The notes beneath the pieces are model-generated. The model was not told the origin of the DNA and did not search any database. It saw nothing but the letters and a program-made list of their open reading frames with translations. DNA of 25,849 nucleotides from a virus. Its lineage: Duplodnaviria > Caudoviricetes. Location of the stretch: positions 1-25,849 of IMG/VR virus record IMGVR_UViG_3300038393_000228; one strand, given 5' to 3'. Shown here in pieces: positions 1 to 7,782 of the stretch (positions are counted from its first letter, which is position 1; the number at the start of each line of letters is the position of its first letter). A program made the position numbers and the translations under genes.

Positions 1-111
1 GTTATAGGTCGCCTCGCCCGAAACCTCGAACTCGACAATCAGATCGAAAGCGGCCTGAGAGATGCCGTGCAGCCGCACGCTTCCACTCGCTGCCGGGGCT
101 GCGTTGGGCAT
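1..111 (-). CDS. Endolysin, lysozyme-like (pesticin/GH24-type), 5' part only; runs off the left edge
   Basis: Not in the ORF track. Manual translation from ATG at 111 gives MPNAAPAASGSVRLHGISQAAFDLIVEFEVSGEATYN..., with AAAGGA upstream as RBS. 'ISQAAFDLIVEFE' resembles the N-terminal helix and catalytic Glu of phage lysozymes; the position after the tail fibres fits a lysis gene. Confidence 0.7.
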   Translation of the reverse strand, partial: MPNAAPAASGSVRLHGISQAAFDLIVEFEVSGEATYN

Positions 112-170
112 TGGATCGGTCCTTTGGGGTGTGGTAGAGACTAAGGTCGCAAAACTAGGCGAGGTGTTGC

Positions 171-392
171 GTGAGAAAGCTTTTTTGGAAGCTACGCCGG
201 CTCAATACGCTTTTGACCAGAGGCGGGACGGTTTGGGCCGACAATCCGGTTAAACTAACCAGTGGCGAGATCGTGCAGAACCAATGGGTCACTGAACACG
301 TAAACCGCGAAAACTTGGAGATCACCTATTCACGAGCCACACCCGAGGAGCGAAGGAGGCGGAATGGATGTGGGCTATCAAGTAATTGTTAG
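171..392 (+). CDS. Small hypothetical protein, possible moron
   Basis: 73-aa ORF with GTG start and GAGGTG RBS upstream. It fills the gap between endolysin and tail fibre, and its end overlaps the tail fibre end by 4 nt (convergent). No recognisable family. Confidence 0.4.
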   Translation: MRKLFWKLRRLNTLLTRGGTVWADNPVKLTSGEIVQNQWVTEHVNRENLEITYSRATPEERRRRNGCGLSSNC

Positions 393-2131
393 GCTAGGTA
401 AATGACGCCATTTAGAATGTAAGTCCCTCCGCTCACCGCAGGCCCAGTGCCGTAGGCCCCGACTTTTTCAAACTGGATAACTGATGTGCCGCCAGTGATG
501 TGGCTATAAAGGGCGTCGCCCGTCGCCGCCGCCTCGAAGCCTTGAAGAGTTTGAAAGCCTGCCAAGGTCGCTGCGGTTTTGCCAGATGGCAGCGACAATT
601 TGATAGTCCCGCTTCCTGTGGCTACGAACTTTAGCGAAAGATACGCCATTTTACCGAAATACTTCACCCACCCCGAAGCGGTGCCGGTAGCTGTGCCCGA
701 TTGCGTTGGTGTGTAGGCTGTCGGCGCAGCGCCGACCCAAGTTATATCCCCGCCGAAATATGAGGGCGTTGTTCCTTCTGTATAGATGGCCCAATTCGCA
801 AGAGTTCCCTTGCTTAGTGGCTTGACGTAGACGCCGAAATTATTTTCGACGGTGCCGCCAGCGCCTTGAAACTCGAAAACAGAAAGCCCCGTTGCGAACT
901 GGATCGTGCCGGAATTGATCGTTGGGGCTGAAACGAACCCATAATAGTTCGTCATCGTCCCTGTCGTGCCCATTGTAAAGGCATTTTGGAACCCGGCGAA
1001 ATGATCGTAACTGTTAGTTCCTGAAATCGTAACTTCAGTATCGTAAGAGGCGTATGCGACTGTCCCAGAGCGGGTGACGTTTGAACTGTCGGAAAACCCG
1101 TGGCCGTTTCCGGTTGTTGGGTCGGCAACAGACCTGCTTATCAGGACTTGGCAATCCACACTTCCATTCGTGCTGTTTGCCCCAACGTGGAAAGGGACCA
1201 CAGGGGTCGCTTGCAAAACGCCGACAAAACCGGACGCTGAACTTCCTAGCCCGAGATTTGAGCGGGATGTCTGAACGCTCGCCACATCTGAAAGGTTGTT
1301 TGCGGCCAACATGTCGCCGCCGCCCGGTATAGTGTCCCATGCCGGGTCTGCGCCAGCGCCCTGCGTCTTGAGGAATTGGCCCGACGTGCCAGCGCCGAGG
1401 TTAACGAGGTTCGTCCCGTTGTAGTATAGAAGATCGCCCTGCGCGTAGGTAATGCTGGCCACGTCGGCCAATCTGGCATTGTAGGCCTGAACGTTTGTGC
1501 CGATGACTACGCCAAGAGTAGTTCTAGCGGCTGATGCATCCGCATCGTCAACTAATGAACGCCCGAAAGACGTGAAATCGGCAAGGGCTGCCGTTCCTAA
1601 TCCGGTGAAGTATGGGAGCTTATCCGCCGCAGATGTCAGCCCCGCGACCGCAGCAAGCTCCGCGTCGTAGGCTTGAACATCTGTCCCGATCACCACGCCA
1701 AGCGTCGCCCGCGCTGTCGAAGCATCTGCATCGTCAACGAGCGAGCGCCCAAATGTCGTAAAGTCAGCCAGTGACGCTGTGCCTGACCCCGTGAAGTAGG
1801 GGAGCTTATCGGCGGCGCTTGTTAAGCCTGCCAGCGCGGCCAGTTCTGCATCATAAGCCTGAACAGTCACGCCAATGTCGCCGGGCTGTAAGGCGCTGTC
1901 TGCCGTAGCTCCCTGCGCGGCAGTGGCATAAGCCGTCGCGTCTGTGGTCGCGGCCGTGCCGAGATCGGCAGTATTGGCCTTCAAGTCCAACGCGGTCTGC
2001 GTTGCGGTCGAAATCCCAAAATTGGCTGGCTTGATTTTCTTAACGCCATCGGTCGCGCTATCGGAGGGAATGAAATAGTCTGCGCCCGGCGTTGACGCTT
2101 CGTCTAAATCCTTAAAGCGAATATCGGCCAT
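389..2131 (-). CDS. Tail fibre / receptor-binding protein
   Basis: 580 aa, Ala/Gly/Thr-rich. Carries fibre shaft motifs (AADKLPYFTG, GRSLVDDADASxARxTLG, NNLSDVASxxxSRSNLGLG) and a beta-rich C-terminal region ending in YILNGVIYLA. Confidence 0.88.
   Translation of the reverse strand: MADIRFKDLDEASTPGADYFIPSDSATDGVKKIKPANFGISTATQTALDLKANTADLGTAATTDATAYATAAQGATADSALQPGDIGVTVQAYDAELAALAGLTSAADKLPYFTGSGTASLADFTTFGRSLVDDADASTARATLGVVIGTDVQAYDAELAAVAGLTSAADKLPYFTGLGTAALADFTSFGRSLVDDADASAARTTLGVVIGTNVQAYNARLADVASITYAQGDLLYYNGTNLVNLGAGTSGQFLKTQGAGADPAWDTIPGGGDMLAANNLSDVASVQTSRSNLGLGSSASGFVGVLQATPVVPFHVGANSTNGSVDCQVLISRSVADPTTGNGHGFSDSSNVTRSGTVAYASYDTEVTISGTNSYDHFAGFQNAFTMGTTGTMTNYYGFVSAPTINSGTIQFATGLSVFEFQGAGGTVENNFGVYVKPLSKGTLANWAIYTEGTTPSYFGGDITWVGAAPTAYTPTQSGTATGTASGWVKYFGKMAYLSLKFVATGSGTIKLSLPSGKTAATLAGFQTLQGFEAAATGDALYSHITGGTSVIQFEKVGAYGTGPAVSGGTYILNGVIYLA
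1481..1864 (-). repeat. 186-bp (62-aa) tandem repeat in the tail fibre, two full copies plus the start of a third
   Basis: VQAY recurs at 186-nt intervals (about 1853-1864, 1667-1678, 1481-1492). Unit: VQAYDAELAAxAGLTSAADKLPYFTGxGTAxLADFTxFGRSLVDDADASxARxTLGVVIGTx. Confidence 0.9.
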
Positions 2132-2134
2132 GCG

Positions 2135-2995
2135 TCAGGCTCCCGCGTAGAGTAGGTAATTGCAGACAAGAGTTGGTTGGATGTTGTTGTGTGCGCCACC
2201 GCCGCCTGCGGCCGCGTTGATAATCGTGATGCCTGTAGTGTTCGACACAGTGGCCGCGGCGTTGGTATTTCCAAATCCAGGATTTGCCGAGCCAGCCCCA
2301 GGACCACCAGATGGGTTGAGATTATACTGCGTGTAAACGTGAGTATGTCCTGGATCAGAGATAGTATTCGCATGCACATGCGAGGGTGTTTGCGCGGTAG
2401 TGAGTGTCTGGCTTTCGCCGCCTCCTGCCGCACCAAGAACCGCAGGGTCCACGCCTAAATATGTTGGGGTAAGGCGGTTGGCGCTCGACCCGCCCATATT
2501 GTCTTTGCCAGCGACAACGCGGCCACGAAGATCGCCAATGCCGAATGTCGTCGTCCCGTTGCCATTGTTGTAAAAGGTGTTGCCGGCAGCGATGTCAGTT
2601 TGAGCAGCCGCCCAAAGATCGGGATACGATGCGCGCAGCAGCGTTTGGCCGTATGGAAAGACGGTAAGCGCAGGAGCAGTCAGCAGCGTGTACGGGATCA
2701 GCTCCCCAATGAAGCGAACACCCGCCACCGAACCGGCAAAGGCGATGCCCGTCGCGGTCCAATAAAGCCCAATGTCCGGATTGTTGTTCGGGGAGATTGC
2801 AGGTGCGCTGGCCGAGCCCGTAATGGTCTTCAGCGGCCCCGTCATAGGAGCCACGCCGGAGCGCGGCAGACGGGCGGTTGTGGCCGCTGCCAAATCCTCT
2901 AGCGGCGGATTATGGTTACTCGGCTGAACAACCTGTCCGGTTACGGCCAAATAGCCAGCAGGAAGGCTGTAATTGCCGCTTGCGTCATCAGGCAC
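2135..2995 (-). CDS. Tail fibre/tail collar domain protein
   Basis: Start reassigned to GTG 2995 (MPDDASGNYSLPAG...) with GGGGA RBS; the track's TTG 3010 lies inside a terminator U-tract. Collar-like motifs IGELIPY...YPDLWAA...TTTFGIGDLRGRVVAG, His motifs HVH/HTH and C-terminal HNNIQPTLVCNYL. Confidence 0.85.
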   Translation of the reverse strand: MPDDASGNYSLPAGYLAVTGQVVQPSNHNPPLEDLAAATTARLPRSGVAPMTGPLKTITGSASAPAISPNNNPDIGLYWTATGIAFAGSVAGVRFIGELIPYTLLTAPALTVFPYGQTLLRASYPDLWAAAQTDIAAGNTFYNNGNGTTTFGIGDLRGRVVAGKDNMGGSSANRLTPTYLGVDPAVLGAAGGGESQTLTTAQTPSHVHANTISDPGHTHVYTQYNLNPSGGPGAGSANPGFGNTNAAATVSNTTGITIINAAAGGGGAHNNIQPTLVCNYLLYAGA

Positions 2996-3008
2996 TGGCG
3001 TATTCCCC

Positions 3009-3035
3009 AAAGAAAAAGCCGCCCGGAGGCGGCTT
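3009..3035 (-). terminator. Intrinsic terminator between ejection genes and tail fibre genes
   Basis: Minus strand reads AAGCCGCC-TCCG-GGCGGCTT-TTTCTTT: perfect 8-bp stem, 4-nt loop, U-tract. Confidence 0.85.
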
Positions 3036-3062
3036 GGAAGGCGGGATGGGTGGTGTTAGACT
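3034..3062 (+). promoter_or_regulatory. Sigma70-type promoter for a probably leaderless transcript
   Basis: TTGGAA (3034-3039), 17-nt spacer, TAGACT (3057-3062). The ATG at 3069 follows 6 nt later, where +1 is expected, and has no Shine-Dalgarno. Confidence 0.6.
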
Positions 3063-3068
3063 CGTCGG

Positions 3069-3362
3069 ATGCGCCAGCCTTTATTGAAGGCCGTTCAGGT
3101 CAGCGCGTTTTTGTTTGTCCTGTTCGGAAACATCTATTTCGAGTGGCAGTTGCCGGGTCAGGCAGCAGCCATATTCGCATTACTTGCCGCGATTTTCTCG
3201 ACCGCGATTATCATCGCGGTTGGTGACCTCATTGTCTGGGCAAGAGGGATTGCCCTCCGTTGGAGGCCAATAACGCGCGAACGATTGCATCGCGCGGCGT
3301 ATCGCCCGGTCCGGCCCGCAATAACTGGTTGCCCAAGTAAGCCTGGACAGGACGCGACATAA
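3069..3362 (+). CDS. Small two-TM membrane protein (moron; superinfection-exclusion candidate)
   Basis: 97 aa with hydrophobic segments VSAFLFVLFGNIYF and AAAIFALLAAIFSTAIIIAVGDLIVW, then a basic tail. Has its own promoter; the last 134 nt overlap the ejection gene antisense. Confidence 0.65.
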   Translation: MRQPLLKAVQVSAFLFVLFGNIYFEWQLPGQAAAIFALLAAIFSTAIIIAVGDLIVWARGIALRWRPITRERLHRAAYRPVRPAITGCPSKPGQDAT

Positions 3363-4920
3363 CTGCACGACTGAGCGCTGCAGGTCCAAGCGCAGCACCT
3401 AAAGCCGCTCCGATGCTCATACCAGCAGGCCCGCCCGGTGAACCAGCACCGCCGCCAATTAGGGACGCGAGCGCAGTAATAGCCGCTCGCGGGGCTGTGC
3501 CCGACTGAGGCAATGGGGCCATAATGCCGGACCCGGCTCGCGCCAATTCTGAGAACGGACCCTGCCCGCGAGCATAAGCCCCACGATTTTCAGCCGATAC
3601 TGCGTTTCGCAGGTTTGCCGGCACAATCTGGCCCTCTGCGGTTGCCTCGCCTGCCCTGCTGGCTGCCTTCTCGATTGTCTTTTGAGCCGCGTATTGCTGA
3701 CGTGCCAGCTGCCATGCGGCCTGATCCTGCGGAGAGATCGACCGTCCCATCGCGTTGTCGAGGGCGTTCCGCATACCCCGCAGCGTATCTGATAGCGTCG
3801 GGTCACTGTTGCGAAGGCTGTTCGCTTGCCGTGATAGCCGCGACCGCATCTCCTGATATTGCGGCCCAGGCATCTGGCCATTGGCGAGATGCTGCGAAAT
3901 GTCCTGAACATAGCCTTCCACAATCGCGCGCTGCTGGGATGGCGGGACGCGCTGATAATTGCGGATAGCTCCGACAATATCCTGGCCGAACTGTGGATCG
4001 AAATTCAGATTGTTGCGGGCCGACAGGTCGCGGAAAGCGTCTCCAAGGCGCTGTTGATTGTCGGCCAGGACTTCCGGCGTGGCGGTTGGCCCAGCGCCAG
4101 CCCTTCTCATTGCAGCTTCAGTAAACTGCCGTTGCCCCTCCTGCTGGATGCGCTGCGCCCCGCCGCCAGAACCAACAGAATCGCTCAGCGCGCTTTCTGC
4201 ATATTGAAGCCGCTTGTTGCCGGTTCTCTGCCCCGCAGTAAGCGATGTGACGCCTTCACCATGAAGAATATCAACCAGTCTTTGCCTGGCCGGGTCAGCC
4301 GAGAATGGCGTGATAACGCTACGAGCAGCGCCAACGGCTGCTGGGGCCAAAAGCGCACCAGCAACGCGCGCATACGGCTCGCTTGCCGTTCCTTCTGTCG
4401 CTTGCCCAAGAGCTTCGCTGGCAACTCCAGGGGCCACGACTTGCGTTAATGCGCGGCGCGCCAATCCTGCACCGCCGCCTAGCAAGCCAGGAGCGAACTG
4501 CCCGATAGTGTCGGCATATTTTTCGCCCGTCGTTTCAGGCTTCCGGAATGGTCCTGTGACCGTTTCAACACCGCTCTGGATGCCGGCAGGGCTAAACATC
4601 TGGTTGATGTTTGGAGGCTGTGAGGAATCCGGCGAGACGGCCGGCTTGCCGATAGTCGCATTCAAAACCGGATCGATCAGATATTTATTCGCGGCGTTGT
4701 GCAGGACATCTGAAATGAGCGGGATCGTCCCGACCGTGCCGATGATGCCCTTGGCAACGCCAACGCCGGCCTGCTTTGCCAAGCCAAGCGCCATATCTCC
4801 CGGCGAGCCATAAGCCGCTTTCAATTCGGCGTCTGACATCTTGGACAGGTCAGCGCTGGGCTGAGCCTGTCCATATAGCGACTGCAATTCGGCGTCTGAT
4901 AATTTCGACAGATCGACCAT
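3229..4920 (-). CDS. DNA ejection (internal virion) protein
   Basis: 563 aa, Ala/Gly/Gln-rich and helical, with Gly/Ala hydrophobic stretches and an LTAGQRTG motif typical of podovirus DNA-transfer proteins. Last of three genes in the P22 gp7/gp20/gp16-like position; translationally coupled to the upstream gene. Confidence 0.78.
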   Translation of the reverse strand: MVDLSKLSDAELQSLYGQAQPSADLSKMSDAELKAAYGSPGDMALGLAKQAGVGVAKGIIGTVGTIPLISDVLHNAANKYLIDPVLNATIGKPAVSPDSSQPPNINQMFSPAGIQSGVETVTGPFRKPETTGEKYADTIGQFAPGLLGGGAGLARRALTQVVAPGVASEALGQATEGTASEPYARVAGALLAPAAVGAARSVITPFSADPARQRLVDILHGEGVTSLTAGQRTGNKRLQYAESALSDSVGSGGGAQRIQQEGQRQFTEAAMRRAGAGPTATPEVLADNQQRLGDAFRDLSARNNLNFDPQFGQDIVGAIRNYQRVPPSQQRAIVEGYVQDISQHLANGQMPGPQYQEMRSRLSRQANSLRNSDPTLSDTLRGMRNALDNAMGRSISPQDQAAWQLARQQYAAQKTIEKAASRAGEATAEGQIVPANLRNAVSAENRGAYARGQGPFSELARAGSGIMAPLPQSGTAPRAAITALASLIGGGAGSPGGPAGMSIGAALGAALGPAALSRAVMSRPVQAYLGNQLLRAGPGDTPRDAIVRALLASNGGQSLLPRQ

Positions 4921-6761
4921 CAGAGCAGGCCCCGGCGCTTCATTTCGGCTTCAATGGCCGAGCGGTCTGGAGTTGAAGAAGTTACCCCATCGATTTTCTC
5001 TCGGGCTGGTCCATTCCCTGGGCCATGCACGATATCGAGATAGATGTTTTTGACGCGCTTCAAGTTGCGCTCGAACTGAGGCCGAGATTGCGACTGCTCA
5101 AGATTGCCATAAGCCGACGCGAGGCGCGCTCCCTCCTGATCGGATACGTTACCAAGAGCGCCGCCAGTTGGCGAAGCCGCGCGCATGGCCTGCAGCCGAT
5201 CAAAGCTGATATTCGCCTTGATGCCAGTAAGAAGCGCGCTCACATCATGCGATGTGGTCCCCGGAAGGTTGGCTGTAAGAGCGCCAATAGACCCTGTAAC
5301 CGGCAGCGTCGCGTTCTTGGTCAGATCAAGGGCGCGGTCGATATCCTGCGTCACCACGTCGGCGGATCGGGCCTGCTGCTCTTTCTGCTGATCGAGCTTC
5401 TGTTGGTTAGCCTTAGCCTTGATGTCCTGTGGGCTATTCGCCAGAACCTTAAGCCCAGTAGGATTACCTTGGGCATCTAGTTCTAAAACAGTGCCTTCAG
5501 GCGTCTTGCCGATAGTGCTGTAATCCTTCACAAGCTCACCAGTCTGGGCGTCCACAAGACGGCCGTTGACGACGACTGTTTTTCTATCGTTCAAATCCTG
5601 CTGCGCCTTCTTGATCGCAAGCGTCTTGCTCTGCATGTCCAGCGCCCGCATCGGATCAGCGGCCTTCTGTGCCGCGTCCGCGCGGAGTTTGTATTCTGCC
5701 GTCAACGCGGCTCGGACATTCTCGGGCGTGAACGGGTTGACGAGTGCCTTTTGTATATCCTCGTCGCTCGCGTTCTTGAACAGGAAGCGGTTTTGCGGCT
5801 GCGTAGCTGGCTGTACAGCGGGCGGAATGGCCGCAGGGCTATCAGCGCCCCCATCGACGGGAGCCGCACCAGCGGGCGGCTGTGGGGCTACAGGCTGCAT
5901 TGGAGTGGGAGTGCCAGCAAAGGCCATCGGCTGACTATCGGCCTGCGCGTCGATGACGTTCTTTTGCGCCGGATCGACCGTCTGCACGATGTCTCCGAAC
6001 TTGCCCATCCACTTGTTTGCGAACTGCCCCGCCGTCATGCCGGGAGTGGCGGCATTATTGCGCGCGGCCTCTGCCCCGATCACGCTTTCGACCGGCGCAT
6101 TCGGGTTCTGCAACAGCTTGATCGCCCCGCCGACTCCTTGCTGATGGGCAAGGTACAGTTCGCCGGGAGTTGGCTCGCGGCCCAGCGCGCTTGTCAACGC
6201 CGCCTTGTTGTCCAGCGTCAGCCGTGCCGCCGCATCCGCGCTCGCAGCCGGATCGTTTGGGTTAGCGAGACCATACTGCTTTGCGGTCCCGCTCAGGAAC
6301 TGAAACGGACCTTGCGCGCTCGATAGCGGACTGCCGCCTTCCACTTTGCCGCCATTCTCGACCAGCGCCAGCCGCGTCATATAGGCCGGATCGATGCCGG
6401 AATTAGCTGAGGCCGTGCTGATGGCGGAACTCAATCGCGGATCAATCGATCCTGATGGGATCGAAGTCGCCCCCATCGGGGTAGAGACAGACGGTGCGGC
6501 GGGTGGCGCTACAGGCTGGCCGGTGATCTGCGACTTGAGAAAGTCCGGCAGTGACGCCATGCCGGCCTTTTGCGCATCGTCAGCCTCTCCCATCATTGAC
6601 CGCGCAATAAGCGCCTGCCCGATCGCGTTAAGCCCCTCTCCGACATTCTTGGGAGCAGTGCCGAGCATCCGCGCCGCAATCAGGTTCGCCATCTGGCGAC
6701 GCTGTGCGACCGTCTGCGGCGTTTCGCCGGCTGCGGTATCGATACCGAATGTCAGCGCCAT
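4920..6761 (-). CDS. DNA ejection protein with lytic transglycosylase (SLT-like) domain
   Basis: 613 aa. SLT motifs GIDPAYMTRLALVENGG (catalytic Glu), SSAQGPFQF, YGL and ELYLAHQQG are flanked by Pro/Ala linkers; C-terminal GGALGNVSDQEG motif as seen in ejection proteins. Confidence 0.82.
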   Translation of the reverse strand: MALTFGIDTAAGETPQTVAQRRQMANLIAARMLGTAPKNVGEGLNAIGQALIARSMMGEADDAQKAGMASLPDFLKSQITGQPVAPPAAPSVSTPMGATSIPSGSIDPRLSSAISTASANSGIDPAYMTRLALVENGGKVEGGSPLSSAQGPFQFLSGTAKQYGLANPNDPAASADAAARLTLDNKAALTSALGREPTPGELYLAHQQGVGGAIKLLQNPNAPVESVIGAEAARNNAATPGMTAGQFANKWMGKFGDIVQTVDPAQKNVIDAQADSQPMAFAGTPTPMQPVAPQPPAGAAPVDGGADSPAAIPPAVQPATQPQNRFLFKNASDEDIQKALVNPFTPENVRAALTAEYKLRADAAQKAADPMRALDMQSKTLAIKKAQQDLNDRKTVVVNGRLVDAQTGELVKDYSTIGKTPEGTVLELDAQGNPTGLKVLANSPQDIKAKANQQKLDQQKEQQARSADVVTQDIDRALDLTKNATLPVTGSIGALTANLPGTTSHDVSALLTGIKANISFDRLQAMRAASPTGGALGNVSDQEGARLASAYGNLEQSQSRPQFERNLKRVKNIYLDIVHGPGNGPAREKIDGVTSSTPDRSAIEAEMKRRGLL

Positions 6762-6762
6762 G

Positions 6763-7782
6763 TTAGGCGGCTCCCATCAGTCCAAGGGCTTTGTCGTAGT
6801 TCACAGCCTTGTATCCGCTCGGCGTGGTGATAACGGCGTCGGGGCGTTTCTTTTCTACCTCGCCTGCCATCAAGCCGATCTGCGGCTCATCGCTGCCGCG
6901 ATACTTGTAGCTGTATAGATTTTGCCCGTCGTTCGTCTTGCCAATCTTCTTGATGTCCTTCTTTAGCCGCTTGTCGCTGAACTTGTAGACGCCGGCCGCG
7001 CCCAGCCCGAACAACCCTCCAAGCAAGGCATTCCGCTGCTGCTGCTCAATCTGATAGTTTTGAAGCTGCTGATTGTAATTCGAGTTAATAATGCCTGCGT
7101 TGTCCGTGGTCGGGATGGTCGGCTGTGACGTGTTGACGTAATTCGGCGGGCTCACCTGAGAACCAGACATCAGCGCGGTTATCTCGTTGATCGGCTGGTT
7201 GCGCGTGGCCTGCGCCTGCTGGAAGGCTTGCTGGTTGCCGCTGAGGAAAAGCTGATTGTAGGCGTCGTTCTTGCCCTGCTGGAATTGCGTCATCTCCGCA
7301 TTCCATGCAGCCGATCCGGGTTGAATACCCTGATTGGCAAGCTTCGTCCGCAACGCATCTTCCGAGCGCGCGAACTGAGGATCAAGACGCGCGGCCCCAA
7401 GTGCATCGATTTTGTTCTCAACGGCGGCATTCGCTGTTGCAGGATCGAAGGGCGTATTAAGCAAGGAACCGATCTTGGACGATTGGTCGACTCCGATCTG
7501 CCCCAAGTTCTGCTGCGTCTGATTGTTAAGATCGTAGAGCTTCTGCTGATCGGGCGATAGCGTCTGCGTCGCCGTGAATTGCGGGATATCGTAGCTCTGC
7601 CCCGTATAAGGGTCTTTGAACTGATACGTTCCGCTTTGCGAGTAAGTCAGATTGCCGTTTGGCGTGATCTGATTAACGTTCTGCAAATTGGCGTTCGCAA
7701 GCGCAGTCGCAACACTGGTGCCAGTTTGAGCAGCAGAGGTCTGACGCGGATCGGGCGGTGGCGGCGGTGAACTTTTGCCCAT
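6763..7782 (-). CDS. DNA ejection/pilot protein with C-terminal peptidase S74-like (intramolecular chaperone) domain
   Basis: Start reassigned to ATG 7782 (MGKSSPPPPPDP), coupled to the GNAT stop. Gln/Asn-rich body, hydrophobic ALLGGLFGLGAAGV, then FSDKRLKKDIK...YSYKY...IGLMAGEVE...VNY. Confidence 0.8.
   Translation of the reverse strand: MGKSSPPPPPDPRQTSAAQTGTSVATALANANLQNVNQITPNGNLTYSQSGTYQFKDPYTGQSYDIPQFTATQTLSPDQQKLYDLNNQTQQNLGQIGVDQSSKIGSLLNTPFDPATANAAVENKIDALGAARLDPQFARSEDALRTKLANQGIQPGSAAWNAEMTQFQQGKNDAYNQLFLSGNQQAFQQAQATRNQPINEITALMSGSQVSPPNYVNTSQPTIPTTDNAGIINSNYNQQLQNYQIEQQQRNALLGGLFGLGAAGVYKFSDKRLKKDIKKIGKTNDGQNLYSYKYRGSDEPQIGLMAGEVEKKRPDAVITTPSGYKAVNYDKALGLMGAA

Noticed and set aside
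62-253. Plus-strand 63-aa ORF
   Set aside because: Overlaps the endolysin start antisense and the better-supported 171-392 ORF; no clear RBS.
389-700. Possible diversity-generating retroelement variable region or invertible segment at the fibre tip
   Set aside because: No template repeat, reverse transcriptase, invertase or flanking inverted repeats are visible in the window.
1481-1864. Regularly spaced repeats as a CRISPR-like array
   Set aside because: The repeats are in-frame coding units with synonymous variation and no unique spacers.
3615-6918. Several long plus-strand ORFs (e.g. 3859-4449, 5751-6326, 6394-6918)
   Set aside because: Antisense shadows of GC-rich ejection genes, with no motifs or RBS.
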